DNA of 20,000 bases from an uncultured Actinomycetes bacterium (GTDB lineage Bacteria > Actinomycetota > Acidimicrobiia > Spongiisociales > DATADW01). The stretch lies in the NCBI GenBank assembly GCA_963824995.1, contig CAWGRK010000013.1:59535-79534 (forward strand). Direction: 5' to 3'. A program made the translations under genes and the position numbers. Under the pieces are notes generated by a model. It did no database searches. It was given only the letters and a program-made list of their open reading frames with translations, and was not told the DNA's origin. This document shows positions 10,153-20,000 of this stretch, piece after piece; position 1 is the first letter of the stretch, and every line of letters starts with the position of its first letter.

Positions 10153-10889
10153 AGAAGTACTCAGTACTCAGACCTGGACGAGAGCCGGTGGACTGCCCCG
10201 TGATCCTGGTCGTAGACGATGAGCCGCAGATCGTGCGGGCGCTGCTGACAAACCTCAAGGCGCTCGGCTACGAGGTGGCCTCTGCGGCCAGTGGTGAGGA
10301 GGCGCTCATCGAGGCGGCCAACCACCGGCCCGATGCGATCATTCTCGACCTGGGGCTTCCCGGCATCGACGGGGTGGAGGTGATCCGAGGGCTGCGGGGG
10401 TGGACCAGCGTCCCCATCGTCGTCCTCTCGGTGCGCGATCGGGAGTGGGACAAGATCGCCGCCCTCGACGCCGGCGCCGACGACTACGTGACCAAGCCGT
10501 TCGGGATGGGTGAACTGTTGGCCCGGCTGCGGGCGGCGCTGCGTCGGGCGACGCCATCGGACGAGCCGGCCTCGGTGACCACCGCCGACTTCGTCATCGA
10601 CCTGGCCGCCAAGCGGGTCCAGCGGGACGGGGATGAGGTGCGGCTGACGCCGACCGAGTGGGGCATCGTCGAGTTGCTCGCCCGCCACCCGGGGCGGCTG
10701 GTGACGCAGCGTCAGGTACTACACGACGTATGGGGACCCAGTTACGGCGAGGAGACCAACTACCTACGGGTTTACATGGCCCAGATCAGACGAAAGCTCG
10801 AGCCCGACCCCAGCCGGCCGCGGTACTTCGTGACCGAACCGGGCATGGGCTACCGCTTCGAACCGGAGGCCGGGAAGGTGAGGCAGTGA
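10149..10889 (+). CDS. kdpE: OmpR-family response regulator KdpE (true start may be a GTG at 10188 or 10200)
   Basis: ILVVDDEPQI, ILDLGLPGIDG, ALDAGADDYVTKPF, VRLTPTEW, YLRVYMAQIRRKLEPDPSRPRYFVTEPGMGYRF; follows kdpD. Confidence 0.96.
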   Translation: MKKYSVLRPGREPVDCPVILVVDDEPQIVRALLTNLKALGYEVASAASGEEALIEAANHRPDAIILDLGLPGIDGVEVIRGLRGWTSVPIVVLSVRDREWDKIAALDAGADDYVTKPFGMGELLARLRAALRRATPSDEPASVTTADFVIDLAAKRVQRDGDEVRLTPTEWGIVELLARHPGRLVTQRQVLHDVWGPSYGEETNYLRVYMAQIRRKLEPDPSRPRYFVTEPGMGYRFEPEAGKVRQ

Positions 10890-11626
10890 TGAGACAGGAC
10901 CGTGTCGACTGGCTGGCTGCTGCGGGGGGCGGGATCGCCGTCCTGCTGATCGCGATGGCGCTCGGGCCGTTCCGCGACTGGATGGGCAACACCAACGTGG
11001 CTCTGATCCTGTTGGCGGTCGTCGTTGCAGCCGCCGCAGCAGGCGGCCGCGTCGCCGGAGTGGTGACGGCTGTCGTCGCCGGTCTCTCGTTCAACTTCTT
11101 CCACACCCAGCCCTACCTGAGCCTCGACATCGATTCTCGTGAGGACATCATCACCACGCTGCTCTTGGTGCTGATCGGTCTGGTGGTTGGTGAGCTGGCG
11201 CAGTTCTTCGAGGGCGAGCGGCGCAAGGGGCAGGCCCACCACGACGAGCTCCAACGGCTCAACGACGTCTCCAAACTCTTGCTGGCCGGTGCTGGATCCC
11301 GGGACGTGGTCGAGGCGGTCCGCACCGCGCTCGTCGCCGAACTCGGGTTGCGCGACGCCCGCTTCGACCCCGGTGAGCCTGACGGCACCCGGCCGGTGCT
11401 GGGGATCGGCGGGATGCTCGGATCCTCGGGTGTCCTGGTGGCGCGGCGGACCGGTTTCGAGATCCCCGGCGGTGGGCTCGACCTCCCCGTCCAATACGAG
11501 GGCAGGTCGCTGGGTCGGTTCATCCTCGAACCGTCACCCGGGGGCACCATTGACTTCGACCGCCAGGTCACCGCCGTCCTGCTCGCCGGTCAGGCGGCGA
11601 TGGCAATCACCAACGAAGGACGCTGA
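10886..11626 (+). CDS. Stand-alone DUF4118 membrane protein with C-terminal GAF-like domain, no kinase domain
   Basis: GTG/ATG overlapping the kdpE stop; four TM segments with NTNVALIL and SFNFFHTQPYLSLDI..EDIITTLLL (KdpD membrane-domain-like), then a soluble region ending LDLPVQYEGRSLGRFIL...LAGQAAMAI. Confidence 0.85.
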   Translation: MMRQDRVDWLAAAGGGIAVLLIAMALGPFRDWMGNTNVALILLAVVVAAAAAGGRVAGVVTAVVAGLSFNFFHTQPYLSLDIDSREDIITTLLLVLIGLVVGELAQFFEGERRKGQAHHDELQRLNDVSKLLLAGAGSRDVVEAVRTALVAELGLRDARFDPGEPDGTRPVLGIGGMLGSSGVLVARRTGFEIPGGGLDLPVQYEGRSLGRFILEPSPGGTIDFDRQVTAVLLAGQAAMAITNEGR

Positions 11627-11633
11627 AGGCACG

Positions 11634-13966
11634 TCACAGTTCGGCGATTTCGCCCGCCTCGGGGGCTTCCGCCCGACGATCGCCGTTCCCCGCGTCTAGG
11701 TGCCACGGAACGCTCGAGACGGACACGCCCTGCTCGAAGAGCAGTGTCGCCTTTATGGCGAACGCCGTCTGGTTGTGGAGGAACTGGGAGAGCCAGCCGG
11801 GGACGATGAACTCGGGTATGACGACGTTGATCAGCGTCTCTGGGCCGACGGCACGCCTAAGGCGGCGGATGTAGCGCAGGATCGGCCTGACTATGCCCCT
11901 GTACGGGCTCTCCACCACCTCGAGGCTGCCGAGATCGAAGTCCCACTTGCGCAGCACCCGGTCGCGCTGCTCCTCGTCGATGTCGAGGTGGACGGCTCGC
12001 ACATTCGTGTTGGCGAGAAGTTGGGAGTAGCCGATCGCCAGTCGGGCCGGTTGGGTGACCTCGCTTATGAGGATCACCGCTTCCTGCCGCTCGAGTGTCG
12101 GCGACAGAACCAATGTGCGCTCGATCGGCCGCCTCTGCTGGGTCAGGTCGGTGACCACCACGCCCCGCTCGAAGAGGAGAAGCAGCTTGACCACGAGCGA
12201 GTGGGGGCTCGCCAGCACCGACCAGATGCTCCTACTCCTGATCAGTTCGGGGACGATGACCGTGGTGAAGGCACTCGGGGTGGCTCTGCCGTTCCGCCCT
12301 GATGAGGTTGCGAAGCGTTCGGTAGGTGCGGCCATTGTCCGGCTCGACAAGGGTCAGCGGCAGGCCGGGGAAGAGATGGCTCCAGGTCTCGATCAGCTCC
12401 TCATCCCGAGACTCGCGGATGTGGACCGCGCTCACCGTCTCGGCGCCGATCAGTTCGGCGTAGGCCACGGCGCGTCTGGTCGCCTCACCAAGACGGGAGA
12501 CGAGCACAATCGCCCGGTTCCGGCCGGGGAAGGGGGGCGCAGTGGGCACGTGGCCGAGCTGGTCGGCCACATTGAGGTAATGGCGGCGGATCGATGCCAT
12601 CAGCATTACGAGAAGCGGGATGGCAACGAGCACGATCCAGGCGCCACCGGAGAACTTAACCGAAGCGGTGACCACCAGCACTACCCCGGTGGTGACGGCA
12701 CCGACGGCGTTTATCACGACTGAACGGCGCCATCCCGACTCGCGGATGCGCAACCAGTGACGAACCATCCCCGCCTGGCTCAACGTGAAGCTGATGAAGA
12801 CGCCGATCACGTACAGCTGGATGAGCCGGGTCACCTCGGCGTCGAACACGATGATCAGTAGCGATGCGATGGCGGCTAGCGGCAATCACGCCATTTGAGA
12901 AGACGAGACGGTCGCCCAGGTTCCGGAACTGGCGCGGCATGAGCTTGTGCCGCGCCAGGATCGACGAGAGGCGCGGGAAATCCTGGTAGGCGGTGTTCGC
13001 CGCCAGGATCAGGATCCCGGCGGTGACCACCTGAAGGATCCAGAACCCGAGCCCGTCGTTGAAGGCGGCCCGACCGATCTGAGACAGGACCGTGCCGAAC
13101 TCGTCAACGGTCTCCTCGGTTATGCGTACATCGAAGAGCCGCGCCAAGGTGCTGATCCCGAGGAACATCGTGATCGAGATGGCACCCATGACCGCCAAAG
13201 TGGCTGCCGCGTTGTGCGCTCTAGGCTCGCGGAACGCCGGCACCCCGTTGGCGATCGCCTCCACCCCGGTGAGCGCGGTCGAACCCGAGGCAAACGCGCG
13301 GAGGATCAGGAACAAGCTGACCGCGGCCACCTCGGGCACTACATCGGTCCCAGCCGAGATCGCCTGGGGGCACTCCCCGTCGATGCACTCGACGAACCCG
13401 GTGACCAGCATCACGAACACGGTGACGACGAAGGCGTAGGTCGGGATGGCGAACACCGTGCTCGACTCCTTCACGCCGCGGAGGTTGGCCAGGGTGAGCA
13501 GGATGACCAGCCCCACCGCGATCTCGACCCTCCAGTCGCTGATTACTGGGAACGCCGAGGTGATGGCGGCCACGCCGGCGGCGACCGATACCGAGACGGT
13601 GAGCGTGTAATCGGTCAGCAATGCTGCCGCCGCCACCATCGCCGGCTGCAGCCCGAGATTCTCGTGGGCGACGATGAAGGCTCCGCCGCCGTCCGGGTAG
13701 GCGCGGATCGTCTGGCGGTAGGAGATGATCACGATGAGGAGGAGGAGGGCGATGGCCACGGAGACCGGGGTGAGATAGGCGAAGGCGGCCGCTCCGGCCA
13801 GGGCGAGGACGAGCATCGACTCCTCGGTGGCATAGGCCACCGAGGAGAGGGGGTCAGAGGCGAATACGGGAAGCGCCAGCGTCTTGGGGAGGAGCTGCTC
13901 GTGGAGCTCGTCCGACGCAAGCGGCCGACCAATCACCGACCTCTTGAAGATCGCCCAGCGAACCAA
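11634..13966 (-). CDS. kimA: APC-superfamily permease of the KimA/YdaO type (probable K+/H+ symporter) with duplicated C-terminal cytoplasmic domain; frameshifts near 12881 and 12273
   Basis: KRSVIGRPL, FASDPLSSVAYATEE, SYRQTIRAYPDGGGAF, ALLTDYTLTVSVS, NLRGVKES, ALTGVEAIANGVPAF, AANTAYQDFPRL, GDRLVFSNG, LIQLYVIGVFISFTLSQAGMV; C-terminal VESPYR, VVIPEF, FLHNQTA. Confidence 0.88.
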
Positions 13967-14083
13967 GAACTACCTGGATCCTGCGGGGGCTGCGGCGCTG
14001 ACCGGTTCCCCGGTACTTCCGGAAGCCGGCTGGGGACTCATCGGTGTCTATGTAGGGCGGGAACGACTCCCAGCCGCGGTCCA

Positions 14084-14132
14084 TTGATGCGATCTTGACG
14101 CCGGCAGAGCTGATATTGACGTCCTGTTTACG
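14084..14132 (-). promoter_or_regulatory. Array of four direct-repeat hexamers, putative KdpE binding sites upstream of the KimA-like gene
   Basis: Minus strand reads CGTAAA-N5-CGTCAA-N15-CGTCAA-N5-CATCAA (plus strand TTGATG 14084, TTGACG 14095, TTGACG 14116, TTTACG 14127); spacing identical to 7444-7492. Confidence 0.7.
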
Positions 14133-14214
14133 CGGATGGCCCGGGAAGAGGGTCACGCTCGCAGGTCGCGGGCCTGCACTCCGGAATTCGATCCCGCGAG
14201 TAGCGTCACCGGCA

Positions 14215-15856
14215 GTGTCGGCCACCTCGATCCCAGCACAGACGCTCGCTCTGGGCGACCTGGCGCCGGCGGTGGATGCGCAGCTGCACAGCCTGGGAGG
14301 AAGCCGGGTTCGGCCGTCGGCTCTGGGCGAAGGACCCGACGTTGTGGTCGCCCGAGCCCTTCCCCCCCGAGCTCACCGACCGGCTCGGATGGCTCGATCT
14401 GGCAACCGCCGAGCCCTGATCCGACCCTGACCCGACTGGCGGACCGGGCGCCGCCGAGGGCGTGCGCCATGTGGTGCTGTTGGGGATGGGTGGCTCCAGC
14501 CTGGCACCCGAGGTGTTCTCGCAAGGTGATCGGCAGCGGGCCGGGGATGCCTTCGCTATTGGTCCTCGACTCGACCCACCCGGGGGCGGTGCGCTCCGTC
14601 CTCGACGCCATCGACCCCGCTCGCACCTGGTTCCTCGTGTCGTCGAAGTCGGGGACCACGCTCGAGACCCTTTCGCTTCTTCCACTTCTTCTGGGACGTC
14701 GTGTCCCGGGTGATCGGCCGAACCTGGATCGCAGTTCGTGGCGGTCACCGACCCAGGCACGCCGTTGCAGCGCATGGCGGAAGAACCGTGGATTCGCCGC
14801 GGCGGTGCCGACGCCGACCGACGTAGGCGGTCGCTACTCGGCGCTCACTCCATTCGGGTTGCTCCCCGCGGCGCTGATCGGCGCGGAGGCAGACCGGATT
14901 CGTGCGTCGGCGGCTGCAATGGCAGACGCCGCAGGGCCGGAGGTGCACGCTGCCGAGAACCCGGCGCTGGTCCTCGGGGCGGTGATCGGGGTCGGCGCCC
15001 TCAGGCGGCAGGGACAAACTCACATTCGTGGTCTCGCCCGAGTTGGATGCTTTCCCCGTCTGGCTGGAGCAGTTGGTTGCGGAGAGCACCGGCAAGAAGC
15101 AAAAGGGGATCGTGCCCGTAGCCGGGGAGGATCTCGGTGACCCGACGTCTACGGCGACGACCGGTTCTTCGTCCACATCACGCTCGGCAAGACGACGACG
15201 ACGGGCGGTGTCGAGTTGCTCGAGTCGGCCGGGCACCCGGTGGTGAGGATCCATCTCGACGAGACCACCGATCTCGGCGCCGAGATGTTGCGGGCGGAGA
15301 TCGCGGTCGCCGCCGCCGGTTCGATACTCGGGATCCACCCCTTCGACCAGCCGGACGTCCAGTTGGCCAAGGACCTGGCGAAGAGGGCCATGGCGGGCGA
15401 GCTTCCCGCAGGGGATGTGCCGACGGTCGACCCGGCGGATCGTGCCTCGCTGGGGGAGTTGGACCGGCTCGATCGCTGCCGGCGACTACGTCGCCCTTCA
15501 GGCGTTCCTGGCGCCGAGCGATCGAGTTCGAAGATCGTCTGCAGCATCTCCGTCTTCTGCTGCGTGATCGACATCGCGTCGCCACCACGGTTGGCTGGGG
15601 ACCGCGTTTTCTCCATTCGACCGGTCAGCTCCACAAGGGCGGTCCAGCCTCGGTGGTGGCCATGCAGCTGACCGATGCCCCCAGCGAGGATCTCGAGGTA
15701 CCGGACCTCGGCTTCAGCTTCGGCCGCCTCCTCGCCGCTCAAGCCGACGGCGATCTGGCGGCGCTGGTGGACCGCGACCGCCGAGTGATCAGAGTGGTCT
15801 TGGGAGACGACCCTGTCGGGGCGCTCGCCCGCCTTGCGGAGACCATCGATGGGTGA
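14215..15856 (+). CDS. pgi: Glucose-6-phosphate isomerase (similar to the PGI half of Tal/Pgi fusions); multiple frameshifts, start approximate
   Basis: RRLWAKDPTLW...DRLGWLDL, VVLLGMGGSSLAPEV, VLDSTHP, VSSKSGTTLET, AVTDPGT, DVGGRYSALTPFGLLP, WLEQLVAESTGK, IHPFDQPDVQLAK, GWGPRFLHSTGQLHKGGP. Confidence 0.9.
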
Positions 15857-16466
15857 GATCCGCACCCTCTTCTTCGACATCGGCGGGGTGCTCCTCACCA
15901 ATGGCTGGGACCGTCACCATCGCCGCCGTGTGATCGAGGAGTTCGACCTCGACTGGGATGAGTTCGAGGACCGCCACGTCTTCGTGGCCCACGAGTTCGA
16001 GGCGGGCGGCATCACGCTCGACAGCTATCTCGATCGGACTGTGTTCTACCGAACCCGTTCCTTTACCGAGAGAGCAGTTCGTCGACGCCATCCTCGACGA
16101 GTCCCAGGAACTTCCGGGAACGAGGGCGGTCCTTGAAGGACTCCGAGCTTCGCGCCGCTATCTCCTGGCCACGCTCAACAATGAGTCGCGCGAGCTCAAT
16201 CGTCACCGTGTCGAGAGGTTTGGCCTCCGACGATCTGTTCGACGTCTTCTTCACCTCGTCTTTCCTGGGGAAGAGCAAGCCGGACCCGGCGATATTCCAC
16301 ACCGCACTCGAGATCACGCAGACGGCGCCGATCGACGCTCTCTTTGTGGACGACCGGGCGATCAACGTCGAGGCGGCGGCCGATCTCGGACTCAATGTGA
16401 TCCGGTTCGAGTCACCCGAGCAGCTGCGCGCCGCAGTGGAGAGCCTGGGTCTGGAGGTGCTCGCCG

Positions 16467-16470
<4 letters not shown>
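15849..16470 (+). CDS. HAD-superfamily phosphatase (subfamily IA-like); frameshifted, 3' end approximate
   Basis: Motif I LFFDIGGVLLTNGWD, motif II LATLNNES, motifs III/IV KPDPAIF...LFVDDRAINVEAA; overlaps the pgi stop. Confidence 0.88.
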
Positions 16471-17800
<1,330 letters not shown>

Positions 17801-17804
17801 AGGG

Positions 17805-18393
17805 GGCGGCTCGGCCAGACACCGTCGCAGACCGCTCGGGCCGTACTTCTCGCTGCGACTGCGCGCAGGCGAGAACGTCCTGGCCGCTCAGGCGTCCCCG
17901 GGTTACGGATACCGATCGCCGGGACGGTGCTCGACGGCGACCGGCGGCCGATCGAGGACGCCCTGATCGAGGTCTGGCAGGCGAACTCCGCCGGGCGCTA
18001 CCGCCATCCGCTCGACGACCGGACCGAGCTCGACCGCCGCACGACGGCTTCACCGGCTTCGGGCAGCGCGCGTGACCGACTTCGAGTCCGGCGACTATCT
18101 GCGTTCGAGACGGTCAAGCCGGGCCCGGTGCCCGACCCCGACGGGGGCCTGCAGGCGCCGCATCTCAACCTCGTGATCCAGGCGCGCGGCATGCTCAACC
18201 CGTCGTTCACCCGCGGTCTACTTCGGCGACGAGACGAAGCCAACGCGGGCGACCCTGGTGCTCGCGCAGGTGCCGGCCGAGGGGCGCCAACGACGCTGTC
18301 GCGCAGCCGCCGGCACAGCCCGGCGATCGTGAGCCTACCGCTTCGACATCCGCTACCAGGGCGAGCGACGAGACCGTGTTCTTGGACTTCTAG
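17805..18393 (+). CDS. pcaG: Protocatechuate 3,4-dioxygenase alpha subunit; many frameshifts, start approximate
   Basis: QTPSQT.GPYF, GTVLDG...DALIEVWQANSAGRY, GFTGFG, FETVKPGPVP, QAPHLNLVIQARGML, YRFDIR.QG..ETVFLDF-TAG. Confidence 0.88.
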
Positions 18394-18395
18394 AC

Positions 18396-19221
18396 GTGGC
18401 GGAGACTACCGTCCCTGCGCGACGCGATCGCGGGCGCGGTGCGCGACGGTCACACCGTCGCTCTCGAAGGCTTCACGCATCTCATCCCGTTCGCGGCGGC
18501 GCACGAGATCATCCGTCAGGAGCGGCGCGACCTGACGCTGGTGCGGATGACGCCCGATCTCATCTACGACCAGATGATCGGCATGGGCATGCGCGGTCGC
18601 AGCTGGTCTTCTCCGGGGCGGCAACCCCGGCGTCGGTTCGCTGCACCGTTTCCGTGACGCGGTCGAGCGCGGGTGGCCCGCGCCCGCTGGAGACTCGAGG
18701 AGCACAGCCACGCCGCGATGGCGGCTGCGTGGGCGGCCGGCGCGGCGGGGCTGCCCTTCGCCGTCTGCGCGGTTACCGCGGCACGAGCCGTTGCCGACGG
18801 TGAACCCACACATCCCGACGGTCGCGTGCCCGTTCACCGGCGAGGAGTGGCGGCGGTGCCGGCGCTGCGGCCCGATGTCGCGATCGTCCACGCGCAGCGC
18901 GCCGATCGGCGCGGCAACGTGCTGGTCGAGGGGATCGTCGGCGTGCAGAAGGAGGTCGTGCTCGCGGCACCCACGGCGGTCGTCACGTGGAGGAGGTAGT
19001 CGACGACCTGCGCGCGCCGAGCCTGAACTCCGCGTCGCTCCCACCTGGACGATCGACGCGATCGCAGTGGTGCCGGGCGGGGCCGCCCCTCGTACGCCCA
19101 CGGCTACTACGGGCGCGACAACGCGTTCTACCTGGCGTGGGACGCCATCTCGCGCGACCGGGACAGGTTCCGCGGCTGGATGGCGGAGCACGTCGAGGCA
19201 GGCCGCGAGGCGCGGGCATGA
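18396..19221 (+). CDS. pcaI: 3-oxoadipate CoA-transferase subunit A (CatI/glutaconate CoA-transferase-like type); many frameshifts
   Basis: VALEGFTHLIPFAAAHEIIRQ, RMTPDLIYDQMIGMG, GNPGVGSLHRFRDAVE, EEHSHAAMA, CPFTGE, HAQRADRRGNV, SYAHGYY.RDNAFY.AWDAISRDR. Confidence 0.85.
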
Positions 19222-19994
19222 GCGAGCCGCCGCCGACGAGATGATGACCATCGCCGCGGCCGCGGCTCTGCAGAACGACGACGTCTGCTTCGTCGGGATC
19301 GGCGCACCGTCGGCCGCGTGCAACCTGGCGCGACTGACCCACGCTCCCCGGACATCACGCTGATCTACGAGTCGGGCACGATGGCGACCGACCCGAGGTG
19401 CTGCCGCTGTCGATCGGCGATGGTGAGCTGGCGAGACCGCGCTGACCACGGTGTCCGTCCCGAGATGTTCGCGCTACTGGCTGCAGGGCAGGCCGCATCT
19501 CGGTGGGCTTTCTGGGGGCGGCGCAGCTGGACCGATTCGGCAACATCAACACGACCGTGATCGGCGACTACCACGAGCCGAAGGTGCGGCTCCCGGGCGG
19601 CGGCGGCGCACCGGAGATCGCTACCTCGTGCCGCCAGACGTTCGTCATGATGCGCCCACGGCCAAGCGCTTCGTCGAACGTGTCGACTTCGTCACCTCCT
19701 TCGGGTTCGGTCCCACCGGGGTGGAGCGGACGGCACTCGGGGTGCCGACGCGTGGCCTGACCCTCGTCATCACCGACCTCTGCACTCTGACGCCCGACGC
19801 GGGAAAGCAACGAACTCGTGGTCAGCGCACTCCACCCGGGCGTGGGCCGGAGCGACGTAGAGGCGGCGACGGGATGGGATGTGCGCTTCACCGCCGATCT
19901 CGGTGAAACCGAGGCACCAACGAACGAGGAACTGAGTGTGCTCCGCCTGTTGCACGAGAGGACCGAACAAGCGCACCGGGGCGGCCCCGGATGA
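19218..19994 (+). CDS. pcaJ: 3-oxoadipate CoA-transferase subunit B (CatJ type); many frameshifts
   Basis: EMMTIAAA, CFVGIGAPSAACNLARLTHAP, LIYESGT (catalytic Glu), LPLSIGDGEL, GFLGAAQLDRFGNINTTVIGDY..PKVRLPGGGGAPEIA, LHPGV, ATGW; TGA 19992-19994 overlaps a further ATG at 19991. Confidence 0.85.
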
Positions 19995-20000
19995 GCGGCT

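Noticed and set aside
13967..14083. c-di-AMP (ydaO) riboswitch expected ahead of a kimA homologue
   Set aside because: Only a modest hairpin at ~14002-14029; the conserved ydaO motifs are not visible and the space is short.
6108..14098. Long antisense or alternate-frame ORFs (e.g. 6108-6968 +, 6730-7650 +, 12947-14098 +, 9197-9871 -)
   Set aside because: Shadow ORFs typical of high-GC DNA that overlap well-supported genes and show no recognisable motifs.
7444..14132. The two inward-facing hexamer arrays as terminal inverted repeats of a transposon carrying the K+ block
   Set aside because: No transposase or integrase, no target-site duplication seen, spacers not conserved, and the 11-bp periodicity in promoter position fits OmpR-family sites better.

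Overview
High-GC bacterial DNA; gene content and sequence style suggest Actinomycetota, possibly Acidimicrobiia (inference). Nearly every gene is broken by single-base frameshifts, most likely uncorrected long-read indels, so genes were reconstructed by joining frames by eye and many boundaries are approximate. Left to right: the 3' end of a sensor kinase plus a NarL/LuxR response regulator (+); a PQQ-like beta-propeller membrane protein and an LCP-family protein (-); a hairpin-rich 380-bp intergenic region; aceE (-); a potassium-homeostasis block (7440-14135); pgi, a HAD phosphatase and half of zwf (+); then an abrupt junction at about 17216 into pcaH, pcaG and a two-subunit 3-oxoadipate CoA-transferase. 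The potassium block is the most interesting part. It has a 33-codon remnant of the kdpC C-terminus where kdpFABC should be, followed by kdpD, kdpE and a stand-alone DUF4118+GAF-like gene. These converge on a KimA-like K+/H+ symporter that carries two tandem copies of its cytoplasmic domain. Both units are preceded by the same four-hexamer array (CGTCAA-like, offsets 0/11/32/43), suggesting a KdpE regulon in which the Kdp ATPase was deleted from this locus and a secondary transporter is the remaining output.
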